Shown here one piece after another: positions 20,356-30,481 of a stretch of DNA of 64,000 nt (position 1 is the stretch's first letter; each line of letters starts with the position of its first letter). This DNA comes from Gemmatimonadota bacterium (GTDB lineage: Bacteria > Gemmatimonadota > Gemmatimonadetes > Gemmatimonadales > GWC2-71-9), in the NCBI GenBank assembly GCA_036679605.1, contig JAZDCZ010000291.1, forward strand, positions 26,168-90,167, given 5' to 3'. The position numbers and the translations under genes were made by a program. The notes below the pieces were generated by a model that was not told the DNA's origin, did no database searches, and saw only the letters and a program-made list of their open reading frames with translations.

Positions 20356-22259
20356 TGAATAGCGTCAATGCACCGCTTGGCTTGTTGCTGGCTGCCGGAA
20401 CCGTTCTTGTAGTTGCGCCCCAATGGTCACGGCCGGCTCCGCTCCCGCACATCACCCTCAACGACAACCGCGAGCCTGCGGGAACGATGCACGACGGGGT
20501 GCTGACCCTGAACATGGGAATCGTCGAAGGTGATTGGCATCTCATAGGTGACGATCAGACCCCCGGTCAGGTTCTTGCCTTCGCCGAGCGCGGTAAGCCG
20601 CCGTCCATTCCCAGTCCTTTGCTGCGTGTGCCTGTGGGCACGCCGGTGCACGTGACGATTACCAATCCGCTCGATACTGCGATAGTGGTCCACGGCCTGG
20701 ACGATCGCCTCGACGGAACGGTGGAGTCTTGGAAGGTACCTGCGGGCGAAACCCGTGATGTGGAGTTCACCGCGGATGTTGTCGGGACGTACTTCTATTG
20801 GGCGGCTCCCAAGGGTGTGTCGCTAGACGAGCGCTCGTTCGAATACAGCCAGTTGAGCGGTGCGTTCGTTATAGACGATCCCAACGAGCCCATCGACGAT
20901 CGCATCATGATGATCGGGATTTGGATCGATGGTCGCTTGCCCGACGGTTCGGAGGACTTCGGGCGAGAGTTTCTCGTCATCAACGGTCGCCCGTGGCCGC
21001 ACACTGAACGACTCAAGTACGATATGGCTGACTCGGTGCGCTGGCGCCTGATCAATACCTCGAGTTCCATACACGCGATGCACCTGCACGGCTTCTACTT
21101 CCGTGTCGATGCGCGCGGTGACGTCACGCGCGATACCGTCTACTGGTCGGACGAGCGACGGATGGCGGTGACAGAGCGGATGGCGTCGGGCACTACGATG
21201 AACATGGTGTGGTCACCCGACAGGCCGGGAGGTTGGATCTTTCACTGTCACATGAGCGTGCACGTGGCCCCGAACCCCACGATGGATGAACGACTAACAG
21301 AGGATGAACGCTTTCTTCCATTGTTCGAGGAGAACCACGCCGGACATAATGCGGATCATCATGTGGTGGAGGGTATGGGCGGTCTCTTGATGGCGATCTA
21401 CATCCGGCCACCCGAAGGATGGGTGCCGAACGAGCCGAAGCGTCGAGAGATGCGGCTGTTCATTCAGACGGACACCGCGTCTGGTGGGTTGAGTGGCAGG
21501 AAGTTCGGTTACGTGTTGCAAGAGGGCGATCGGGAGCCGGCCCGCGATTCGGTTCTCATCCCAGGCTCGGCCCTTATTCTACGGAAGGGCGAACCCACCG
21601 CTATTCGCGTCTTCAACCGCACCGACGAACCGAGCCAGGTGCATTGGCACGGGCTCGAGATCGAGAGCTACTTCGATGGTGTGGCTGGTGTCGGGGGGTA
21701 TCCCACGCGACTCACGCCGGCGATCTCTCCCGGTGATTCGTTCGAGATTCGGATCACGCCACCGCGCGCCGGCACGTTCATGTATCACACGCACGTCAAC
21801 GATCTACGGCAACAGGGCTCAGGGCTGTACGGGGCGTTTATCGTGCTCGAGGAAAACGGGACGTGGGATCCAGAGACGGACCTGCAGTTCATCTTCGGCG
21901 AATCACCGTACCGCTCCGACGAAATTCCGCTCGTAAACGGCGCCAATCCACCGGAACCAATCAGCATGAAGGTGGGCACGACGTACCGTTTGCGGTTCAT
22001 GGATATCGTGCTCAATCGACCCAACACCGTGTTGCGCTTGCTTCGCGATGGATTTCCGGTGCCGTGGACTCCGTTGGCCAAGGATGGCTTTGATCTCCCA
22101 TCGAAACAGCGCCGTCGCCGATCGGCCGAGCAACGGATCGCAGTGGGGGAGACCTACGACTTCGAGTTCACACCGAACCGCTCAGGCGAGATGCACCTGG
22201 AGCTGCGACAGGGAGACGGTCTGCTGTTAGTCGACCAGATCATGAAGGTGGTTCAGTAG
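20355..22259 (+). CDS. Multicopper oxidase family protein
   Basis: HAMHLHG, WIFHCHMSVH, VHWHGL, FMYHTH; signal peptide. Confidence 0.85.
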   Translation: MNSVNAPLGLLLAAGTVLVVAPQWSRPAPLPHITLNDNREPAGTMHDGVLTLNMGIVEGDWHLIGDDQTPGQVLAFAERGKPPSIPSPLLRVPVGTPVHVTITNPLDTAIVVHGLDDRLDGTVESWKVPAGETRDVEFTADVVGTYFYWAAPKGVSLDERSFEYSQLSGAFVIDDPNEPIDDRIMMIGIWIDGRLPDGSEDFGREFLVINGRPWPHTERLKYDMADSVRWRLINTSSSIHAMHLHGFYFRVDARGDVTRDTVYWSDERRMAVTERMASGTTMNMVWSPDRPGGWIFHCHMSVHVAPNPTMDERLTEDERFLPLFEENHAGHNADHHVVEGMGGLLMAIYIRPPEGWVPNEPKRREMRLFIQTDTASGGLSGRKFGYVLQEGDREPARDSVLIPGSALILRKGEPTAIRVFNRTDEPSQVHWHGLEIESYFDGVAGVGGYPTRLTPAISPGDSFEIRITPPRAGTFMYHTHVNDLRQQGSGLYGAFIVLEENGTWDPETDLQFIFGESPYRSDEIPLVNGANPPEPISMKVGTTYRLRFMDIVLNRPNTVLRLLRDGFPVPWTPLAKDGFDLPSKQRRRRSAEQRIAVGETYDFEFTPNRSGEMHLELRQGDGLLLVDQIMKVVQ

Positions 22260-22432
22260 CTCTAGGCGGCTCGATCCACCCACACGCTCACGGTGTTGTA
22301 CCGGTCGTGACCGTCGCTATCAGCGACATTAGCCGAGCCGCGGTTCTCAGACCGCGGCACAGACCTGGATTTCGACGGAGATGGGTCCGAGTTCATTGAT
22401 TGGTTTAGGCGGACAGAAAAGAGGTGTAGCGC

Positions 22433-22840
22433 ATGTCTCTGGATGTAGGCGAGAAGGCGAGTCGATCACTCACGGTGACAGGCGAACACGTAGAGGCGTA
22501 CGCTCAAATCACTGGAGATAGGAACCCGCTCCATTTTGATGAGACATTTGCAGCGGGAACCAAGTTTGGGCGACTGGTTGTCCAAGGCGGGCTTACGACG
22601 GGACTGTTGCACGCCTTAGTTGCGATGGATCTCCCGGGCTCCGGGACAGTATTCCTCAGCCAGAGCTGGCGGTTCACGGCTCCGGTCTTCATCGGCGACA
22701 CGATTACGGCGACTGCCGAAGTCGTGAGCGTTCACGCTACGAAGCCTGTAACGCAGCTTGCGGTCACGGTCGTTCGTCAGGATGGTGGGACGGTCTTGGA
22801 GGGTGAAGCGTGGTGCTACACATTTTCTCCGGAGAGCTAG
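22433..22840 (+). CDS. MaoC-family (R)-specific enoyl-CoA hydratase
   Basis: TGDRNPLH, FTAPVFIGDT hot-dog fold motifs; GAGG RBS. Confidence 0.88.
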   Translation: MSLDVGEKASRSLTVTGEHVEAYAQITGDRNPLHFDETFAAGTKFGRLVVQGGLTTGLLHALVAMDLPGSGTVFLSQSWRFTAPVFIGDTITATAEVVSVHATKPVTQLAVTVVRQDGGTVLEGEAWCYTFSPES

Positions 22841-22940
22841 GTCGGGAGGGAATGACCAATGTCCAATAATCAATGCACAATGAGCAAGGATCTGCGCTTG
22901 GCAGCGTTGGACATTCTTCATTGGACATTCTGCGATTGAT
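22839..22940 (+). repeat. Kinase-tail remnant plus heptamer inverted-repeat spacer (copy 1)
   Basis: AGGTCGGGAGGGAATGA (the K3 3' end), then AATGACC AATGTCC AATAATC AATGCAC ... TTGGACA TTCTTCA TTGGACA. Confidence 0.85.
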
Positions 22941-25670
22941 ATGACAGAAATAACTGAGCGCCTCTCCAGTGCCCTCGCCGATCGCTACCGTCTCGAGCGC
23001 GAGCTGGGTTCTGGCGGCATGGCTACCGTCTACCTCGCCCACGATGTGAAGCACGACCGCAAGGTCGCGGTAAAGGTGCTCCGGCCTGAACTTGCCGCAG
23101 TGTTGGGCGCCGAGCGCTTCCTGCAAGAGATCACGACAACGGCGAACTTGCAGCACCCGCACATCTTGCCGCTTTTCGACAGTGGGACGGCAGGTGGACC
23201 GGACGACGGCATCACGGACGATTCCGAGCACGGGCGTGGCATGCCTCACCCTTTCCTCTACTACGTGATGCCGTTCATCGACGGCGAGACGCTGCGCGAC
23301 AAGCTCAACCGCGAGACGCAGCTCGGCATCGACGAAGCGGTCAAGATCACCACAGACGTTGCAGACGCACTTGACTACGCGCACCAGCAAGGGGTGATCC
23401 ACCGCGACATCAAGCCGGAGAACATCCTGTTGCAGAATGGCCGTCCGATGGTGGCGGACTTCGGCATCGCGCTGGCGGTGAGTGCGGCAGCGGGTGGGCG
23501 GATGACAGAGACGGGCATCTCGCTAGGGACGCCGCACTACATGAGTCCCGAACAGGCGACGGCCGAGAAGGATCTCACGAACCGTTCCGACATCTACTCG
23601 TTGGCCTGTGTGTTGTATGAGATGCTAACTGGCGAGCCGCCACACACGGGGGCGTCGGTGCAAATGGTTATCGCCAAAGTGGTGACCGAGGAACCTCGGC
23701 CCGTCTCTGTCCAGCGGAAAACGGTCCCACCGCATGTTGCATCGGCGATCCACTGTGCGCTCGAGAAACTTCCTGCCGATCGCTTCGGGTCGGCCGCTGC
23801 ATTTGCTGAAGCCCTGACCAGTCCGACTATTGCCGCCGTCACTTTCGCGCGTACGATCACTAGCGGTACGCAAGCTCGCGCGCTCCGATGGCCGTTTGCG
23901 GTAGCCGCCGCTGTACTGCTAGCGGTTGGCGTGGTGGTAGGTCGTGCGTCGGCCCCGGCGGGAAGTGAAGTCACCCGAGTCGCTCGGCTCGGATTGAATA
24001 CGCCAGCAACCGATCCCATTTCCTTTTCAAACGCACCAATCGCCGCCGTGTCGCCGGACGGACGATCTTTGGTGTATGTGAGTGGCAGCGGCGACGGCCA
24101 ACAACTCGTATCGCGTCCGCTGGAGTCCCGGACCGTGTCACGAGTTGCAGGGACCGCTGGTGCATCTAGTCCGTTCTTTTCCCCCGGTGGAGACTGGATC
24201 GGATACTTCCACAAGGACGGTATTAGCAGGGTGCCGTCGACCGGCGGCACACCGGTGTCAGTCGTGGACGATGCGAGCAACTTTCGGGGTGCGACCTGGT
24301 CGTCGAGTGGAGAGATCCTTTACGGCCGGGCCGGGCCGGTTTGGCAGGAGCGAGCTGGTCCACTATGGGCGGTTCGCGCCGATGGGAGCGGGGTGCCGCG
24401 TTTGGTTGCCGCCCCGGACACGAGCCGTGGCGTTTGGGGATTCTGGTTGCCGGATGCGCTGCCGGACGGCCACCACGCGGTGGTTACCTTGCTTGGCGCC
24501 ACATTGGGTCGCTGGCAGGGGATCGCGGTCATCGATCTCGACTCGGGTGAGTGGCGCATCGTCGTTCCGCCGCCCGCTTTCGGCGCCCGATACGACCCAT
24601 CAGGACACCTCATCTACTTACAGACCGGAGGCGCACTTCAGGCTGCACCGTTTGACGCCGAGCGTCTCGAGGTCACCGGACCGGCCGCGACACTTGCCGA
24701 CGACGTGCACCTTTCGAGTTGGAGCACCCCGCAGCTCGCGATATCACATCAAGGAACGCTGGCTTACCTAGGGCAACAACCGCACGAACTGGCTGTGGTC
24801 GACCACGATGGCGTCTCGCAATCTGTTGCCGCGGTGAGCCGTATTTTCCATCATCCGCGATTTTCTCCGGATGGACGTCGAGTCGCGGTGGATATCGCCC
24901 ACGAGGGCAGTCGTGACGTCTGGATTCAAAACCTCGACCAGGGCACATTGACGCGTGTTACTTTCGAAGGAGATGCCAACGATCCTATTTGGACGCCGGA
25001 CGGGAAACGCATCACGTACTCGTCTGCGCAATCGGGGACGCGCGGTATCTATGAGACGAGCGCCGACGGATCCGGAACACCCGACTCGTTGTTGACGGTT
25101 GCAGGATCGAACACGACCGCTGGTTTTTGGACGCCAAGCGGCGATCGGTTGATCGCAATCACGGACGCTCCGTCCAGCGGGCTCGATCTGCTGATTCTGG
25201 ACAGTGATGGCGCGAACGTGGAGCCGCTCGTCGCAACGCCGTTCGACGATGCGCATCCGGCACTTTCGCCCGACGGCCGGTGGCTCGCATACGTGTCAAA
25301 TCAGTCTGGCCAAAGCGAAGTCGTCGTTCGATCGTTCCCGACATTGTCGACACAAGTACAGATCTCGACCGCAGGCGGCACCGAACCCGTTTGGGGGCCG
25401 AATGGAAGGGAACTCTACTACCGAGCAGCAGGGGAAACTGAGGGACCGGAGATGGTCGTCGCTCGGATCGAGACCCGATCCGGCTTCCGCGTTGTTTCGC
25501 GGGAGCGGCTCTTTCGCGCTGACGAGTTTGTGACCGCACCGCCGCACGCGAACTATGACGTTGCGCCTAACGGTAGCGGGTTCGTAATGGTGCGGCTTGG
25601 GCGAGCGAGTCGATTCGAGATCCTGCTCAACTGGCCCGAGGAGTTGAAGGCGAAGGTCGGGAGGGAATGA
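22941..25670 (+). CDS. Ser/Thr protein kinase K3 (kinase-TM-PD40 propeller)
   Basis: Kinase motifs intact; insert after LFDSG; ends WPEELKAKVGRE*. Confidence 0.92.
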   Translation: MTEITERLSSALADRYRLERELGSGGMATVYLAHDVKHDRKVAVKVLRPELAAVLGAERFLQEITTTANLQHPHILPLFDSGTAGGPDDGITDDSEHGRGMPHPFLYYVMPFIDGETLRDKLNRETQLGIDEAVKITTDVADALDYAHQQGVIHRDIKPENILLQNGRPMVADFGIALAVSAAAGGRMTETGISLGTPHYMSPEQATAEKDLTNRSDIYSLACVLYEMLTGEPPHTGASVQMVIAKVVTEEPRPVSVQRKTVPPHVASAIHCALEKLPADRFGSAAAFAEALTSPTIAAVTFARTITSGTQARALRWPFAVAAAVLLAVGVVVGRASAPAGSEVTRVARLGLNTPATDPISFSNAPIAAVSPDGRSLVYVSGSGDGQQLVSRPLESRTVSRVAGTAGASSPFFSPGGDWIGYFHKDGISRVPSTGGTPVSVVDDASNFRGATWSSSGEILYGRAGPVWQERAGPLWAVRADGSGVPRLVAAPDTSRGVWGFWLPDALPDGHHAVVTLLGATLGRWQGIAVIDLDSGEWRIVVPPPAFGARYDPSGHLIYLQTGGALQAAPFDAERLEVTGPAATLADDVHLSSWSTPQLAISHQGTLAYLGQQPHELAVVDHDGVSQSVAAVSRIFHHPRFSPDGRRVAVDIAHEGSRDVWIQNLDQGTLTRVTFEGDANDPIWTPDGKRITYSSAQSGTRGIYETSADGSGTPDSLLTVAGSNTTAGFWTPSGDRLIAITDAPSSGLDLLILDSDGANVEPLVATPFDDAHPALSPDGRWLAYVSNQSGQSEVVVRSFPTLSTQVQISTAGGTEPVWGPNGRELYYRAAGETEGPEMVVARIETRSGFRVVSRERLFRADEFVTAPPHANYDVAPNGSGFVMVRLGRASRFEILLNWPEELKAKVGRE

Positions 25671-25755
25671 CCAATGTCCAATAATCAATGTCCAATGAGC
25701 AAGGATCTGTGCTTGGCAGCGTTGGACATTCTGCATTGGACTTTCTGCGATTGAC
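25667..25755 (+). repeat. Heptamer inverted-repeat spacer (copy 2)
   Basis: Nearly identical to 22852-22940. Confidence 0.88.
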
Positions 25756-28700
25756 ATGACAGAGATACCTGAACGCCTCTCCAGTGCCCTCGCCGATCGC
25801 TACCGTCTCGAGCGCGAGCTGGGTTCGGGCGGCATGGCTACCGTCTTCCTCGCCCACGATGTGAAGCACGACCGCAAGGTCGCGGTAAAGGTGCTCCGGC
25901 CTGAACTCGCTGCGGTTCTCGGAGCGAAGCGCTTTGTGCAGGAAATCAAGACCACCGCCAATCTTCAGCATTCGCACATCCTGCCGCTATTCGATTCGGG
26001 TGAGGCAAGTTCTTTCCTTTATTATGTGATGCCGTTCATCGACGGAGAGAGCCTTCGCGACCGGCTCGACCGCGAGAAGCAGCTCTCGATTAACGAGGCG
26101 GTGCGGATCGCCAGCGATGTTGCGGACGCGCTTAACTATGCGCACCAGCGCAATGTCATTCATCGCGACATCAAGCCCGAAAACATCATGCTGCGTGACG
26201 AGCAAGTGCTGGTTATGGATTTTGGCATCGCGATGGCGTTGGGCTCGATGGACGAGGCACGCCTTACCGCGACCGGCGCCTTGATTGGAACACCGCAGTA
26301 CATGAGTCCGGAGCAGGCAGCCGGGGAATCTGTCGGTGCGGCAAGCGACGTGTATGCGTTGGGTTCTGTGTTGTACGAGATGCTCAGCGGCGCCGCGCCC
26401 CACCACGGTGCCAACATTCAGGCAATCATCGCCAGCGTGTTGTCGCGGGAGCCCGAACCCGTCCGCTCGGTACGGAGCGAGGTGCCGCCGCACATCGAGC
26501 AGGCAATTGCCCGAGCGCTCGCAATGGATCCGACGGATCGGTTCGTCTCGATGTCGGAGTTTGCCCGTGCCCTTGCAACAACAGGGTCGACGCCTCGGCG
26601 CATCCGTGGACAGAAATCCTCGGAGCGCGGCTTGGCAGATAGCGAGCGACGCTACGCCACGGTGGTCCACTCCGCACTCACAGGGTATGCGACGCTGGTG
26701 GAGCAACTGCACCCGGACGACCTCGAGCAACTCCTGGAACGGATTCATGCGGCCGCACAGGAAATCGTGGAGAAGCATGGCGGTGTACTCAACAGTGCCT
26801 CCGACGAGGAATCGGTCGCGATGTTCGGTGCCCCGGTAGCGCACGAGGACGATGCGCTGCGGGCGGTGCGCGCGGCCCGTGAGCTTCAGCAGTTCCTCTG
26901 CAGTTCCGAAATCCAAGGCGAGTCTAGGCTCGGTGTCCGGACCGGCATCAGCACCGGCTTCGTAGTGGTGCGTGGGAGTCGGAGGGAAGGGGAGCTTTTT
27001 TCGATCGCCGGTGGCGTGGTGGGAGTAGCGGCGAGACTCGCGGCACACGCTGCGGACGGCGACGTGCTTGTGAGTGCCGAGTCCGAACGTTTACTCGTGC
27101 CGTTCTTCAGTACTGAGCCTCTCAAACCAGTGACGCTCGGAGGCGAGTCTGAGATCACGCCACATCGGATTGTCGGGGAATCGGGGGCGCGAACACGGAT
27201 CGAGGCCGCCGAGCGTGCGGGGCTCACGCTCTTCGCCGGACGCGACACCGAGATGCGCACACTCCAGGAGTGTCTCAAAAAGTCCGTCACCGGTGCCGGT
27301 CAGGTTATCTCGATCGTGGGCGAGGCCGGTGTGGGGAAGAGTCGCTTGCATTACGAATTTCTGCATCCGCTTGACCCTGCGGACGTGCGTGTGGTCGAGG
27401 GTCGATGCCAGTCCATTGCGGAGGCGACACCGTATCTGCCCTTCATCGAGACCCTGCGGCAGGTCCTGAAGCCTGCAAGCGAGGTCGACCTGCAGGAGGC
27501 ATCGGTAATCGACAGCGTTCGCGCACTGGATCCGGGGCTGGAAAACTATATTTCTCTCTATCTGCATGTGCTCTCGGTCCCGTCTAGCGAGCATACACCT
27601 CCCAAGCACCTCAAGGGCAAAGAGTTTCGGCGTGCGATGCTGGACGGACTCTCTGCCGTGTTCGCCTTGGCATCGAAACAGCGCCCGTTGGTGATGATGC
27701 TCGAAGATTGGCATCAAGCCGATGAAGCCTCGCAGGAAATGCTCAAGCATGTAGCTGGTATCGCCACGGCCTATCCGTTGATGATTGTCGTGACCGCACG
27801 TCCGCAGGTAATCCCCGACGTTGGAGAGGTGGATCACCACACGATGATTCGCCTGGGGCCGCTCGAGGCAACTGCTTCGCTTGCCGTCATCTGTTCGGTG
27901 TTGGACGTGGATCAAGTCGCGGACGATCTCGGGCGACACTTGCATGAGCGAACGGCTGGGAACCCGTTCTTTCTCGAGGAAATCTGCCTTACGATGCAAG
28001 AGGAAAACCTGCTCAGAGTAGAGTCGGGACGGGCGGCCCTCATTGGGAATGTGGAATCGTTGCAGTTGCCCGATACGGTGCAGGCCGTGCTTCGCAGCCG
28101 GCTGGATCGCGTCGATCCCGATGCGCGTGAGGTCCTACGCCTTGCCTCTGTAGTCGGGCGAGAGTTCGCACGCGATATTCTCGAACGCGCGGTCCCCGAC
28201 GCGTCTTCGCTTCCAGCCTCACTCGAAGCATTGACCGCGCTCGGGATGATCCAGCAGATCAGCGTGGTTCCGGAGCCGGTATACCGCTTCAAACACGCTC
28301 TGACACAGGAAGCGGCATACGAGAGTCTCGTGCAGCATCAGCGAAAGACCCTGCACGGATTGGTCGGCAAAGTTCTCGAAGAGCACTACGCCGATCGTGC
28401 CGACGAGCAATCGGATATTTTCGCACACCATTTCAGTCTTGCGGAGCAGTGGCCCGCGGCCGTCCGATACGGACGTCGTGCCGCGGAAAAAGCTCACAAC
28501 CTTGGCCAGTTCGCCAATGAGTCTCGGATGTTGGAGAATGTGCTCGGTTGGGTCAGGAAGCTCGACGACAGGACGACAGAGATCGAAGTCTTGCTTGCTT
28601 GGGAACGGACATGTGAGACCATTGGAAACCTCGATCAACAGCAAACGATCATCGAGAACTTGCTGCTGCTGACCGAACCGGACGGCTACGATCGGCAGCG

Positions 28701-30150
28701 TGCCGAGACGTATATCAGACAGGGCGATCTGTGGACATTGCTCAGACACTTCGACAAGGCTCAGGATGTGCTGACGCAGTCGCTGGAAATCTGGCGCACG
28801 CTGTCGGATCGTGCCGGGGAACGCAACGCTCTACGGAGTCTCGGGTTCCTCGGATGGCACCAGGGCGATCTCGAACAGGCAGTGACATCTGCGGAAGCGG
28901 CGCTCGCCATCGATCGTGAACTAGCCGACTTGGAGGCTGTCGCATTAGGTCTCAACAACCTTGGCATGGTGTTGAAGGCCGCCGGCCGGATCGACGAGGC
29001 GCTGCGCTATTTCGAAGAGGCTGTGCAACTGTTCGAAGACAAGCAGATCGAGGAGACCCACGCGCTTATCAATGCGGCGTCGATCTACCGCGACCGGGGT
29101 GAGATCGACAAGGCAATGCGTTACCTGCAGAAAGGATACGACGTCGAGCGTCGCCACCATCTGACCGGGCGCGAGTCGTTCATACTGACCGCGATGGCCA
29201 CGATCGCTCAAATGCAAGGCCGGCCGGATGAGAGCATCCGCATCTACGAGGATTTGATTCGGCGGAGCCACTGGACTGGCGCAGGGGCTCCACGGACTCA
29301 GTGAATTGCTCGTCACACTGGGGCGGCTGAGAGATGCGCTCCCGTACGTTCGTGAGAAGGTCGAGATCTTTGAGCGAACCGGTGAGCAAGCGCTGGAAAT
29401 CGAAGGGCGACAGCGGTTGGCGGAGATCTACGAGGAGGAACTCCACGACTATGCTGCCGCGACCACGCAGTGGCACAAGGTCCGTGCCCTGCGGAGTGGC
29501 AGCGACGACGTGGCCGGTGAGTTGGAGGCGGCGGAAAGCCTCGCCAGACTCGCACGGCTGAGCAGCTCAGATGCGAACACGGTCATCACTTACCACCAGG
29601 ATGCCTTGGAACTCGCCTGCAAGCTCGACGACGCGGGCAAGCAGGGGGACATGCTCAACACACTCGGCATACTTCATTGGCAACAGAAGGACTATGCCCA
29701 ATCGCTATCGTGTTATGAGCGAGCACTCGAGATCTTCCGCGAGCGTGCAGACCAGGTGCACGTCGGGCTGGTGCTCAACAGCATTGGAGCGGTCCTTCGG
29801 GACAGTGACCGGCTCGAGGATGCGCTGGATCAGCTCCGCGAGGCGTTGGACACCAACCGCCAGTCGGGGCAGCGGCGTCTCGAAAGCCATTCGCTTGCCA
29901 CCTTGGGAGACGTAAGTGCCGCGCCGCGATTGGAGAGCCCGGACAGGCACTTGTGCAATACGAGGCGTCGCTCGAACTACGTAGAACACTTGGAGATCGG
30001 AATGGTGAGGGGTGGATGTTGTTTCGCGTGGCGCAGGTCGAGGCGGGCGAAGGTCGGGGAGATCGCGCTCTTGACTTGGTGGGCCAGGCTCGTAGGATTG
30101 CTGAAGAGTGTGGCGACGCCAAGCTCACGACGGCGTGCGAGGAATTATAG
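25756..30150 (+). pseudogene. K4: kinase + adenylate/guanylate cyclase-like + P-loop ATPase + TPR protein, two frameshifts in the TPR region
   Basis: Kinase motifs; AMFGAPVAHEDDALRAV; Walker A GEAGVGKS; GNPFFLEE. TPRs continue in frame 29306, then in frame 29953 to TAG 30150. Confidence 0.78.
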
Positions 30151-30203
30151 GATGGGACGATGGCACCCTCTGCCATCATGGCTTCCCTAATGGAGACCGG
30201 TTT

Positions 30204-30470
30204 ATGCCGAGATACATCATTGAGCGCAACGTTGGCACTCTTACCCAAGAAGAACTCGATGCCGCGGGTCGGAAGTCGAACGAGGTGCTCGCCGGGATGC
30301 CCGACGTCGTGTGGATTCGGAGCTACCTCTCGGCGGCCGATGGCAAGATCTATTGCGAGTACGACGCTCCCGATCCGGAGGCTATACGGGAGCACGCTCG
30401 GCAAGCCGGCTTACCTGCTGACAAGATCTCGGAAGTGTCACTCGAGTTGAGTCCGGAGATGTTTAGATAG
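30204..30470 (+). CDS. DUF4242-type small protein
   Basis: MPRYIIER...VVWIRSY...KIYCEYDAPDPEAIREHA..AGLPADKISEV; GGAG RBS. Confidence 0.75.
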   Translation: MPRYIIERNVGTLTQEELDAAGRKSNEVLAGMPDVVWIRSYLSAADGKIYCEYDAPDPEAIREHARQAGLPADKISEVSLELSPEMFR

Positions 30471-30481
30471 CCGCACGAGGT

